From Amphiscolops sp. MND2022 (taxonomy: Eukaryota): a stretch of 64,000 nt of DNA. Of this stretch, positions 1-12,322 are shown in pieces. The stretch lies in the NCBI GenBank assembly GCA_964187785.1, contig OZ076412.1, positions 64,728,001-64,792,000 of the forward strand. The letters run 5' to 3'. The position numbers and the translations under genes were made by a program. Below the pieces are notes generated by a model. That model was given only the letters and a program-made list of their open reading frames with translations. It was not told where the DNA came from and searched no databases. The stretch's first letter is position 1, and each line of letters opens with the position of its first letter.

Positions 1-157
1 AGTATTCGATTTGCACTTGCTTGCGCTTACCAAAGAACTATTCAAGTGAGTACGGGGTGATTCCCCATTAAGAATCGTCGACCTTGATGCATCGAATGCC
101 CACTTGATAAAACTAGATTCAAAAACAAATGACTACTTCCACAACCCCTGTATAGAT

Positions 158-672
158 AGACCGTGCGAATGATCGTTTGCCGTTAATGTTGCAACCAAAT
201 TCAGCGACGTATACTTTCATTGTATTTACAGTTTGAGGAGTCAGACACCATTCAGCATATTCTCTTCGCCACACCATTGTATCAATCTAACAGCGATCCG
301 CTGGAACATCTTGTGAAAGTTTCAAAGTGAATGCAAGGCCGTGAATTTTGTTATGTTAAATAATGTTTTGTCAGAAATTCGTGGCTTCGCTGGAAAATGA
401 TCTTGCAGTTTTGCATTGATTTGGTTCAACGTCAACAGAGGATTACATTCGACATATTCGATTAAGTAATCTCGCACGTCATCATCAAATTTCTGATATC
501 TTTTTCCGCCATGTGCTGGTTTATCTTCGTCCCTCAAAACGATCGAATATGCCATTGGTCTGTTTATGCTCGGAAGCTTGGCCTAATGTACGAAGTCTTC
601 GCCTCTATTGTACTTTTCTCGCAATCTTTCTCTGTCTTCCTGAGAAGTTTTCAGGTAGGAACTTCGAGGCAT
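158..672 (-). pseudogene. IS630-Tc1-mariner-type transposase, N-terminal fragment (HTH plus first catalytic motif), with stops
   Basis: Manual translation from the ATG at 672 gives MPRSSYLKTSQEDRERLREKYNRGEDFVH*AKLPSINRPMAYSIV..GGKRYQK..YLIEYVECNPLLTLNQI, then after a frameshift GLAFTLK..VPADRC*..RREYAEW..KVYVAEFGCNI..RSFARS. VYVAEFG corresponds to the VYxDExG first-Asp motif, with D changed to A. Upstream (685-1045) lies a cluster of GTTCAAC/GTTGAAC motifs resembling subterminal repeats. Confidence 0.75.
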
Positions 673-3600
673 AATGTTTGAAATATGAATTGTTGAAGTT
701 GAACATTCGGTGTTGATCATGAACAACAGAAATAGCGATCAAAACTGCATGTTGAATATGTATGCATACCAAATCAACAGGAAATTTCTATGTTCAACTT
801 GAACTGGCGTTATGTTGAACTTCAAAAGGTATGTTCAAAAGGTATAGTAAATTTCTGACAACGTGCTAAATTCTAATGCATCAAAGTTTACATTTTTAAC
901 GGATTAATTTGACTTGCTACAGAGATTTAACAATGATAGTCTAGTCCATGCATGCACGGATGTACTCTAGGAGGTAAGTATTAACATACAGAGAAAGATG
1001 GTCCGCAATTCACCATAATTCCGTTCAAGTTGAACACATGAAATTTGTTCATGCTGAGTTGTAAAGAATTGTAATCTATGTTAAATTTCAGTGAAAAAGG
1101 ACGCTATAGCTATTGTATACAAGCACATAGCCCCCAACGACCTCCAATCAATGATCGACAGTCTAATCGTTTTCCATCAATAGTCTACTGGCTTTAAGTA
1201 TCCGTATTGTTTTCGGATCAGTCATCTACTAAACGGCATTCCATTGGTTCCTAATCTCTGTCATGTTTCACCTCTAGTTTTCCCATGCCAAGGTTTATCT
1301 CTATTTTCGGTACTCTATGACTTTTTTCTAAAATGCTTAAAATAGATTGTCAGCTACCGTATTTCATTGTCTCAATCCTTCTTGAGCAGTGAGCGAAGCA
1401 CCGGAAAATCCAACTCGAAACGGGTATTAACAAGGTACGTTATAACTATGTACTTCATAATAAGCATATCTTTTATAACCGAAAACGATAAACAGGAGTA
1501 CGTTTTAACCGAATGTGTGTTAGCGGAAATCCTTAGCGGAAAGCAGGCAACCCCATTTACCGAACTACATCAACTGACCTTATCGGTGGATATGTGACAC
1601 TGATTTATGTGATTACTCCGAATGTGGATTTTCAACAAGAGCATCGACATCTAATACAATCGAAACATTTTTTTTTCATTGACTTCAATCAATAATCAGC
1701 CTTTGATCGCTTCAACGGTCAACAAATTAGCTGAAACACCATTAAAAAATTCTTAGGTGAACCAATAAAACGGAACGCACAAAAATTTCACTCTTCAAAG
1801 TTGCAAAATTTGTAAATAATACACTGAGAAGCTTTCCTTTTTTCCGTCAAACATTCAAAGCGAAGCTTTTATTACGCAATCACATCTTCGACTGAGCATG
1901 TTTTAAACCTTCCGAAAAAGTCTAGATATTTTACTAGTCACTTTGTTCGCACTTCTGTGAAAATACTTCGACACTCGAATGTATGAAGGAAATTGAATAA
2001 TTGACAAAGTGATTTTCAGCGTTCAAGTTTGTTTTTTGAGATAATTGTTTACAAAAATTTAATATTTTGGAGCTCAAAAAATTTTATGCGTGCAGCTTTT
2101 TTGGTTCACTTAGTAGTTCAAAACATTTGAAGGATCAAACCTCAGATCCAGAGTCAGGTCCACTTGAATAATCCATTAAAAATGGAGAAGAAATTAAACT
2201 TCTCGAATAACCGACTAGATCTAATTTCTGATTAGTTCGAAACTGAAGCGAATGTGGAAGTCTAAACACGAGCAAATAATTCTGTCAAATCCTCATGGAG
2301 TCGTCGAAAGGGTTGGTCGTTAGTGCATTGAATAAAAAGTTCTCTTCATAGAAGTTTAATTTAACCCAGCGATGTCATGTTTTCCGACAAGCACCTCGCG
2401 GCAATCAAGATAAAAACAAATCATCAAAGGCCGACCTAGGAAGTTTCCATGGGGAAAACTCGTGGAGATGTGGAATAGCGAATGGGCGTAACCTGTAATT
2501 GAGTTGTTTCGATAAAAGACAAGTTCCGAAAACTGTTCAAACGTTTGCGAAGGGGTAGCAAAGTTAGAAGAGTTTGAAAACATGTTTACATATATAAGTG
2601 TTAAACAGTCGTGTAATACATGTAAGACAAAGGTGTTGTTATGGGATATACTGGTCAACAAGCTTGCTTCATTTGAAGAAATTTAGATTGAGGCCTGCTT
2701 GAAGCACGTTCATGGATATTATTGCGCTACAATGGCGGCGGCAGTATTGGTACTACTATTTTGCTATTTCACGGCTTTGGCAGGTACAGTGGTGGTAATT
2801 CCAGTGCTAGCTGACTTACTTGTTTGAACGCTTAATGGAACTCTTTGTTCGCAATCGAACAGAGTTGTTATTTGCAGTGGCGTACGGCTTCAAATACGAT
2901 AACGGTACTGCGTGAACGATTTGAGTGACAAGCTGATAAAATGAGGTTTTGGGTCGCATGTCACCCCAAAGTGTATGTAGCCCGACTAGGCAGCACAAAC
3001 GGGCGAATACAGACAAGAATTAGTTCGGCGAGCGGGTCGTTTTGGGTGGTCGGGTTATACAGAACGGGTAATTGTCGTGCGGTGTCGGAAATTTAAGCGG
3101 TCAAAGGATTAATTAGATTCGGTCGAGTAACTGATTTGAGATCCGATTGTGGAATACTTAATGCCCTAACCAGCAGGTGCCGGATTAATGACGAGTGAAT
3201 GTTGTATGCTAACAAGCTGTAACTTTTATTAAAAGTGCCGCTCCTGTAACGAGGCTTTAATACCCCTATCTCAAACTGACAACATATGGGTAAGTCTTTT
3301 TGACCAGAGAGGCAACCCTTCCCCTCCTGCCCTTCTACCGTTTTCGCTTTGAATAAACTCCTTAATTTCTAGTCACAACAACACTTCAAATGACTTCAAA
3401 GATAATCAACGCCTAACAAACTACTCGAAACACGGCACTTTAAGTGTGATATATTGGTGTGTAAGGTACCAATGAAAATCTTGATATAATTTTGCTGAGA
3501 TTTTATGGCTATCCAGATGGCAAAACAACAATTAATGTACCTCATAAACCCCATTAAAAACTTTTACTACTTATGAACAAACGCCTCAAGAACTTGTCTC

Positions 3601-4191
3601 AGAGTTGCCATCGGTTTTTGAAAAGATCCCAATCTTTTACGCCTCTAGTGAGAACAACCGGTGAAAAAACCTTCTCTTCAAAACACTTCCAGGTCTCAAC
3701 AACAAACTTTCCAAAAATTAAGCTCATGAGCTTCGTTAAAGTGTTCTTTCGGAGCGATAGTGACGAAAACAAGCAACAAATAACTCTGAGTTTGTAAAAA
3801 AAGCATGAAATTTAATTACGATAAATTTCGATGCATGTTATTTACAAGATTAAACACACTCAAAACTAGAAAACTCATGAGTCGCTCTTTATCAGCGACG
3901 CTTTATGAATCGAAAATAATGATATGGCTGAACGAATAATAGTAATAAACAACTAGAGTGAGAAACTTCTTGATTACGGTTACTTTTTATGCTCAGAAAT
4001 GTAAAGCATTCATGTATAAAGTCAGCAAGACGGAAGCGTCTCAGGTCGGCGCCACACTTAAGACTCAAAAAGAGTTAGTTTTAAAGTATGCTCAGGACTT
4101 TTTCCTATGAAAAACTCACAAAAAAGTGTCAAAACACCCAAAGAGTGCCTTTAGTCCTAAGAAATAGCGAGACCGGACAAGTGGGAGCCCT

Positions 4192-4375
4192 CCTCCTTAG
4201 TAAAACGCAATTTATTTCGGATATAACGTCAATATTCGGATATAGCCCAATAATTTTGAAACTCCACTTCCTCCTTAAAAAACGCACATATCTTCGGATA
4301 TATCGTCATATTTCGTAAATATCGTCATATTTTCTAACCTCCGCTTCCTCCTTAGTAAAACATAATATAGTCCGG
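4192..4375. repeat. Degenerate tandem repeat, about 3 units of ~78 bp
   Basis: The motif CTCCTTAGTAAAAC..TTCGGATATA.CGTCA.ATT recurs near 4192, 4268 and 4347. Confidence 0.5.
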
Positions 4376-4597
4376 ATAGAGCGTCAAAAATCGGATCTAG
4401 CGCAATGTTTTCGAACCTCGTTCTCCCCTTTAGTGGAAGGCAACTTCCGTCGAATATAACATCAAACGTTCGGATAGCATTTTTGAAAAGATTGTTGGAT
4501 TTATATTGAGAAAACCTAATTTCAGATGAAAATTGAGCATTTTGAAACAGTCTGATAGTGGCGAAGAATGCAAAGGTTTCCCAATTCGATTTCTTTG

Positions 4598-4720
4598 ACA
4601 TTTGTTACAAAATATTCGAAAAATTGAAGTCGGGAACCTTTGCACGCAAATTAAGATTTCCGAAGAAAGTCTCACGATGCCGAAAAAATCGAATGAGGGG
4701 TATTTAGTTTCGCTCAGTTT
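4598..4720 (+). repeat. Dispersed repeat copy; related copy at ~48315-48475
   Basis: Shares the blocks (TT)GxxACAAAATAT..AAAA..GAAG and AGTCTCA.xATGCCGAAAAA.T.GAA..GGGG with 48315-48475. Confidence 0.45.
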
Positions 4721-5018
4721 TGTATGTTACAGAAATGGAATGAATGAAAAGGTGGACCCTTTAACTAACTTATATGCCTTTCCGTTGGCCGGACATGGTC
4801 GGTCCAGACGTTTAATAGGTTCTGCAAAACAGTCCGCGTACATTGTTGTTTGACGAAAAAAAAACAAGCCACTGTATTAGTCGCGCTCATTTTCTTCTAA
4901 CATGCGCTACTTAAAAAGAGTGCACGTTACCGCATACGCCTAGAAAACAATCATTCATCACGAGAAAAAGTCAGCAGTAAACACAACTGCAAGGTGATGA
5001 CACTGCTTTTTCACTCTT

Positions 5019-6340
5019 TGTTGGTACCAGTCACAAGCAGGCAAAGAAAACCGATTGGGAGCATGCTGATTGAGAAACAAGACTTAAACTCTTGAAAACT
5101 ATATAGAAAAATTTACAGAAAAATTGACCATCACAAATATGCAAACCCTCAATGTGTTTTCTCGAAGTCATATTAGAGCCATGAAATTTGCCACACAAAC
5201 GCAGGTACATGACACAAACATTCCGACCAAGTTCCAAGGTCAATCAATCATTATAACCCCTTTACCCCTGACATGTGTGGTGTTCAAGGTCATTGAGGCA
5301 GACTGTAAACATTGTTACTTACCCATATGACCTTCTTAGATTGTAACTCTTTAAATTGGTGATATTTACATTGTGTAAACATACCTGCGAGCCCACCTAA
5401 TCAACAATCAAGACCCACTGCATGCTTTGTTTACATAGCCAACAACTTCAATATTTCACCTAAATGTCATATGTTTATATCACAAAGTTCGACTTATAAT
5501 CACCGTAGAATTGTAAACCAAATAAATACCATTACTACATTACGAGACACATCCCGGTAAAGTGGAATGCTTTCAATCACGCAGCGAAATTTTCATAAAA
5601 ACTGTCAAATTACTAAATAATAGCACAACTGTGTAATAGGAGTTATTCATTTTGATGTACCACTTATGTAAAAAGATAAGTCCTGTGTATGCGAATCAAA
5701 CAGTGGAAGTATACATCGACCTGTGTAGTTATCAGAACAACGCGTAATTACCAGAATATTCTGTAAGTATGAGATGCACAGTGTAGGTACTCAAATTGCG
5801 TAGAAACGATGTTTGATGTAAACTAGTCAACTACTGTAATTTCCGCTGGTGTAAACTGGTCAATTTATGAAGCTGTGCAAATAGTTTAATGACTTCGCAA
5901 TGCGTGTAATGTGTGACAAGCGTATATCTTCCAAAAACTATTCGCGCTCTGATTGAACAATATCCGAACAAGCAGCATCCTGCTAGTTCGTTACCGGGAT
6001 ATGTCTCGTAATGTAGACAGATATTTTAAAGACTGATTACCTATAGTCAAGTTGGGTTACAGAACTACTGCAATTCTGAATTCAATTCTTTACCTCTTTT
6101 CGACGTTTCCTCAAAGTCTTAGGGCGACTCAATTAGTTACTCTCAAACTGTGGAGAGTTGGACGTGTTAGGAGACAAAGAAGAAGTTCAATTCGAGATCA
6201 TTGGATCCCAATAAGGCAAGATACAGTCCTTTTAGTCTACGGAACAAACAATGTTCGTTAACGATCTGTAGTACCGAGCGCCGATTTCAGGGGGCACGCG
6301 TAAAGTTTGTGTCAAGTCAAGGATTCAGGCAGCTGTTACA
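5019..6340 (+). repeat. BEL/Pao 5' LTR (~845 bp plus a 476-bp MITE insertion)
   Basis: Colinear with 9239-10088 on both sides of the MITE. Starts TGTTG and ends GTTACA. The pair is strongly diverged (about 75-80% by eye). Confidence 0.8.
5538..6013. mobile_element. Non-autonomous DNA transposon (MITE) with a TA target duplication
   Basis: TIRs CATTACGAGACA(C/T)ATCCCGGTAA of 23 bp with 1 mismatch, flanked by TA at 5536-5537 and 6014-6015. The paralogous 3' LTR (~9755-9780) shows the empty site. Confidence 0.9.
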
Positions 6341-6342
6341 TT

Positions 6343-6357
6343 TGGTCCGCCGACCCG
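6343..6357 (+). promoter_or_regulatory. Primer-binding site, tRNA-Tyr-like
   Basis: TGGTCCGCCGACCCG starts 2 nt after the LTR end. It resembles the TGGTCC(T/G)TCGAGCCG Tyr-type PBS usual in BEL/Pao elements. Confidence 0.55.
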
Positions 6358-6367
6358 CAGACAAAGA

Positions 6368-9238
6368 AATGCTCGAGGTGCAGCATCTTCGATTGACGAT
6401 TGTATTTGATCGGAGAAACGCAAAGCAGAGCCAAGAACTGATGGAACTCAGTTGGGGATACTGTATCCCAGAGGTGACGCGAATTTTGAAGTGTCCAAAT
6501 GACGAAGCGAACATGATGCAACTGCGCCAGATGGCAAGTGGAATCAACACAAATGCGATTATGACATGCACTCACCGGAGGAATCTCAAACAAAGCAGCT
6601 TCATTCCAACGGAGAGCAATTGCTCATTGGACTTAACTGGTGGGAAGAGATCACTGACACACTCCAGGGTGATGAATGAGACAGAGCAAAAGGTTGTCAG
6701 AGGATCACTTGCCATTGGTGTTGTCACCTCAATCAGTGAAGGGAAACCGCTACCCGGAAAACGAGATCCGTGTATAACCAAAACGCATTCCAACAGCAAC
6801 AGAAAAGCAGTTAGTTTTAAGTCATCAAATGCAAAGCGGGTACTTCTTCTAGAATTGGAAGCAATGAAGAAACAAGATGAAACTGATGAACAACTAGCTT
6901 CCAAAAAGTGCCAGGCCGAGAACTTAAATAAACAAGAGGAGAAGGACATGAGGATACCTGCAGAAGAATTTGAAATTGCTAAAGAGGAAGAAGAAAACGT
7001 GAGGATCAAACAAGTCTCCAGCAAACGAACGGAATTAGCGCGAAATGGAACTCTGCCAAGACCGACACAAAAACAGGAAGTGACAAAGCCATTGCAATCA
7101 AAAAAAGGCCCGCAGAAGATTTGCGGGACCTTCAACGAAATCTCGACCTCAACGAAAGCTCCTACAGGTGCTGAACTGCGTGAGCGTGGCGCTCATTCTC
7201 AGAATGTCTTGAACGGAGTGACGGACAAGAAGTCACCTCTAAAGAAACAACAAAGAACTCTGCTTTGGGCAAATTGATTCAATGAGTATTTTTGGATTGT
7301 TTGTCATAGAGTACTGTTAAATAATAAAAGCGTTGAAAGTAGTTCTTCCATGAGAACTGTGAAGCAAACTCGAACTAGGCAAACATGGAGCAGGTAAAGT
7401 TCAAGTCACCGAAATGAATCGCAGAACACAATAGACGAATATATGTGGCAGAACGAAGTACCGGCTTTGCTCAAAGCTCTTGACTGCACAACAAAAGGAA
7501 TGTATAGTACAAAGACGAAATGGAAACCTGAGCATTATAATTGTTCAGACAAATGTCCAAACTATGGAAAGTTGCGAAACAAAATTATCAAACGTGATTC
7601 ACTTGAAGACTGTATTATTGTGGTACATTCTGAATGCGAGGCGAACAAAAGAACCTCGACGCTTCTCACAGGCAAATGGGTGCAAGACTGTTCAGGAACT
7701 TTTGTTGTAGACGATGGGTGGCAAGAGTTCCAATCCGAAACCCTCTTTGTAAATACACATTTATTACCATTCAGTATTTTTTAGTGCCAACAAAGAAAAT
7801 CTTGGCTAACACAATGACTGACCGAAACAAGGAAAAAGCATTAAAGCTTTGCATTTGCATCTAGCAAACAAACTTCGGAAGCATTGAGTGTGCAGTTTGA
7901 ACTGCTGCAAAAAAGTGCACAACTTTCCACCTTACTACAGCCTGTACAACAAGGAATCTATTCCGAGTGACAATGTACAATGCCGGTATTCTACTCGTTG
8001 AGAAACGAAACAAATGTTTTGAATGAGACAAAAGTTGTGGATTTGTGAAATAGTACAATTTACACTTCAAGAATATTAGATGAAATAGCCATGTATCAAA
8101 AATTATGCCACGGTGTAATGAAGTGTGACAAACCCATGAAAGGCAATACCAAGAGAGAAACACAAACCATGAGTGCACCGTTCGGAAAGAAAACTGATTT
8201 CGACTTCAAAGTAATCCTTATTGAAGCAACAACTATCGCTAGAAGTGAGTAATGTATGGAACCATTGGACTGGTAATAGAAACTCTGGGATTGACGCAGT
8301 GGAACAAGCTAACAGCACTGATGAAACTCAGTTGAGCAACGACCACCACAAGCAATTGAAGAAAAGAACCTGGAAAATTCAACCCTCCTCGAACCTGATA
8401 CATGGATTGGAGGAAAGGGCTCAGTTGAACGAGGGTAGAATACAAGATGACACAATTTGGCAACATGATTTCAGAGACAACTGCTGAGTGAAAAGAACGA
8501 AAATGTGTGAGTGACAAGAACCAAAAGCAGTAAATGGTAAAAATGAGTCTTGCAATGGAAAATCGGCTACACCATTCAAGACAATATGGACTCAGTAAAG
8601 GTGTTTTGGTAAATTGGAAATTTTTAATGATATTTCGGAGCCTGATAGAAACCCAGACACAACAAGTCTGCATTTTGTGGTGAGAGAAGCTCGGTGAATT
8701 TCTTTGAAAAGAAGCGAAAGCGAAGCTCCACAGGATTGCAGTTAGTGTGGGAAAACTTGGATTTAGGTACGGAAAATGACTTCAGAAAGCAAAATCAAAA
8801 TGTAGCGAAGCGAAAGAGTTCAAAACACCATTCTCTTATTAGATGCACTAAGAACACTGAAAACAAAAGAAAGAACTCCAACCGCGTTAATGTTGTAAGG
8901 TTTCCAAAGGTTTAAAAAGAAAGCAATTGACTGAACTCTTTGAATGTCGGACGTTGTCGATGAAGTTTGTGATAACTGGGAAAATCATAACTTCGAATGA
9001 GGAAGCAGTGTTTTGAAAGGTTGTGAACGTGTTGGAAACAACCTCTTGGTCAGCGAACTGGATTATGGGCTAGAAAACCTTTGCAGCAGGGAAAGATCAC
9101 AGCAAACAACTGACAAACGTGGCAATGAAACGAGTTATCAGAAAGACAACGACGATGGATGGAAAACTGGAAAGCCAGTAGTTAATCTGGCACTCCTGTT
9201 CTTTGAAAGTGTTTCCGGGAGAACAATAGGTCCTGCGA
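6368..9238 (+). pseudogene. Degenerate BEL/Pao gag-pol (most of RT, RNase H and integrase deleted)
   Basis: ORF 6201-7277 contains a coiled-coil stretch typical of BEL gag N-termini (SSNAKRVLLLELEAMKK...). Downstream frames give CCHC-like remnants at ~7890-8140 and the pol-tail motif at ~9170-9235. Many stops and frameshifts. Confidence 0.55.
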
Positions 9239-10088
9239 TGTTGTCGTTAGTCCTCAGGAGACAAAACAAACCAATTGGGAGCATCTGAATGAGAAACAAG
9301 ACTTTTTTGATAAAAAATTTACAGAAAAGACGTCCATCACAAATCTGCAACCCAACCCAACCCAAATGGGTTTTCTCGAAGAGTGTTAGTCACAAAGTCA
9401 TGAAACTTTGCGCACATACCGAGGTACCTGACACAAACATTCCGACCAAGCTTCAAGGTCATTCGCTCATTATAACACCTGTACCACTCACAGGTGTGGT
9501 GTTCAAGGTCATTGAGCCAAAATGTAATCATTGTTACTTACCCACATGACATCCCTAGAATGTAATAGAATGCAATTCTTGAAATTGGTGATAATTACAT
9601 TGTGTAAATATACCTCCGAGCCAACATAAATTACCTTCAAGATGCACCGCATGCTATGTTTACCTAGCCAGTAACTTCAATAATTCACCCAAATGTTATA
9701 TGATTGAACCATATATTTCGACTCATTTTTACTGTAAAATTGTAAACCAGACATATACCACTACTGGATAGAATTTTCAACGACTGATCACCTATAGTCA
9801 AGTTGGATCTCAGCACAACTGCAATTCTCAATTCATTTCTTCACCTCTTTTCGACTTTTCGCTGGAGTCTTAGGGTGACTAAGTTAGTTGCTCTCAACTT
9901 GTGGAGAGTTGGACGCGTTAAGAGACAAGGAAAAAGGATAATTCGGGATCATTGGATCCTACTGAGTCATGATATAGTCCTTTTTGTTCTACGGAACAAG
10001 CAGTGTTCGGTAACGATCCGCAGAACCGAGCACCGAATCCATTGCGGTATAAAGTTTGGTCAAGTGAAGTGATCAAGCAGCCGTTACA
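9239..10088 (+). repeat. BEL/Pao 3' LTR
   Basis: Homologous to 5019-6340. Preceded by a decayed purine-rich tract and followed by the TSD CTCTT. Confidence 0.8.
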
Positions 10089-10520
10089 CTCTTTCTTCGT
10101 GATACGAAACATATTTAATACAACCGGAAAAACATTTTCAACGTCTTTTGCATATTTTGTGGTTAGTGCTTTTTGTTTGTGATGAAATGTCTAGATACTC
10201 ATAATACAAAAACAATAGAAATTGTCACTCAAACATCTAAAAATCGAGATCCGAGAACAAAGATTACTAAAGTTGAAAATACCTCTTAGACAGAGTAGCA
10301 GAATAAGGAAATCTTTTTTCTCAAACGGTGCCTTTTCTGGATACCTCAGTAGCATAGCAGGCTATAGTAACTATTTACAGCCAAACAGTAAAAAGCTGAT
10401 CGGCTCGAGGTTTCAAAGTAAATCGCACAAGTAAACTACAATAGCCTGACTGCTCGCCGTTGCTCCTTTCACTTTTTTCTAGATTGCAACACTGAACTAG
10501 GGGCGATGAAGCCCTAGCAG

Positions 10521-10589
10521 TAGTGAGTTGAGGGAATTGAAACTCTATTCCAACGGAGGTCTTTTGCTTTAACCACTACACGAAGACTC
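10521..10589 (-). other. tRNA-like sequence (tRNA pseudogene or SINE head)
   Basis: The minus strand reads GAGTCTTCGTGTAGTGGTTAAAGCA...GTTTCAATTCC, with A-box-like and B-box-like motifs. I could not build a clean cloverleaf or anticodon. Confidence 0.3.
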
Positions 10590-10879
10590 AAAAATTTTTC
10601 GTTTATTTTTCTACCTCTTTTTGAGAGAAAACTGAAGATATTCTCAGTCTAACGCTCTGGATCTTCATGCCATGCGAGACAATCTCGTTGTACGTTGTGC
10701 ACTTCCACATTCCTTCCCATTTTATCATCCAAGAAGCAGACAAAAATTGATTAAAACAGTCGGAAAATTTTTTGATTCAATTCACGCAATTGGTTATGAC
10801 AAAAAAATTGTAAAATTACCAATACTTTATTTACCGAACTCTCTTAATTTTTGTTCCCAAAAAATGCCAGTATGATAAA

Positions 10880-12322
10880 TGTGATAATCCTCCTCCTCGG
10901 ATTCTTCATTAAAGATAACTGTTGCATCTAATATGGTATCACTTTGGTGTACAAGTTTAGCGGGATGCCTTAATTTTCTCATTTCTGAGGCCTTGAGGGG
11001 GATATCTTCGTTTTCAGAGTCTAAACTTTCAATGTCAGATGCGTTTACTCCCATAGACTTTTTACCCCCGGATCCCGATGGTTGCATGTTTCCGATTTCG
11101 TTAATCTCTGACCTATGGTTAGTTGTCATAGATGTGCTCTTACTGGATTTTATCTCCATCAGAATCGCGTCTAATTTGTTCTCCATTTCTTCTCTCATTT
11201 TAGCGATTCTATCGTTGTTTTTCTGTTCGAAAATCTCGGTCCAAGCTTGAATTTCATTCCTAACTTGGCAGGGTTCAACAAGTCTGGGTCTCGAATCAGT
11301 CTCACCTAAACTTTCTTGACTTTGTAAATTAACATTAGTTAAAGTTTCATTACCTTGACTTGGAGTTTCTAGCCGTACTTCGCTTGTTTCTCTCTCCGGG
11401 GACGGAGTTTCTAACCTTCTGGATCTTCAGTTTCTTCTATTTCCAATCGTGCTCAAGAGGAAAATTGGGTTGAAGTGCAGAAAGAATTTGAATTTATTCG
11501 TCAATGTTGTGAAAACGATTCGGGTGAAACAAAAAATTATCAAGAAAACTGCTTTTACAGTGTTTGGATTTACTGTTATGAAGCAACTGTGTCTGGTACC
11601 AGCTATATTTCATCTGAAGTAAACTGCACTTTTACAAATGAAAAAATCTTAAAGCATGACACTCAATTTTTGGGTTGTCAGTAATTCAAAAATGCTATAA
11701 TAAACTAACGTCAGAGTGACGTAATTCTCTTTATAACTTACAAATAGTTACTGCATGACTTCCAATAATCTAACCAAACGAAAGCAACAAGTCCCTGGAA
11801 GACTGTGGGATGCCGCATATACGTCATCCAGTTTTCCGCGTAGTGACACATAATCAACTCACATTAAAAGCACCAAAAATACATGTCAAAAGCACAAGTC
11901 CGCAGGGTGACGCATATACGTCACTTGGATTACCGCATGATAACGTATACTCATCAGCACTAAACTTCCACAGTACCGTGTCAATGACAATCTGGTCACA
12001 ATAATAGCTCAGAAATAGCATTAAACCATTCTAAATTGAAAGTTTGAGACTCTATATAGTCATTCATGTCAACAAAGGTGAAAACATCACTGTTTAGGCA
12101 CTTGTTAAACTGTGACCGTTAAACTAATGAAACTAAAAAATTTACATGACAATTCCAAATTACTAAATGAAAATTAAAGCAACATAAAACAAAAGAAGAG
12201 AAAGTTAGGTATGTTTAAAGTTTCATGTCATCGAGTTGTTTCTTCCTTCGCTTGAAGTTGTCTAACAGTTCTCGTTCACGGATGCTGCCCAACAGCTCCA
12301 GTACAACTGTGGGGTTGTGACA
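10880..12322 (-). repeat. Element A 3' LTR (1443 bp)
   Basis: About 90-93% identical by eye to 23910-25267, plus an ~85-bp segment (~11473-11557) that the other LTR lacks. Confidence 0.95.

Larger units (their letters stand above)
5019..10088 (+). mobile_element. Old, internally deleted BEL/Pao LTR retrotransposon
   Basis: Two homologous LTRs (TGTTG...GTTACA) at 5019-6340 and 9239-10088. A perfect 5-bp TSD CTCTT lies at 5014-5018 and 10089-10093. A PBS follows the 5' LTR. Internal remnants read like BEL gag zinc knuckles (CAV*..KCTTF; KRNKCFE*), LVWENLDLG, and the integrase-tail motif KPVVNLALLF just before the 3' LTR. Confidence 0.8.

Noticed and set aside
3200-3284. TGTTG...CAACA mini-LTR
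   Set aside because: It is only 85 bp, with no TSD, no partner copy and no convincing PBS or PPT.
6572-7135. 187-aa minus-strand ORF
   Set aside because: It is the antisense shadow of the A-rich BEL gag-like ORF and has S/F/L-biased composition with no motifs.
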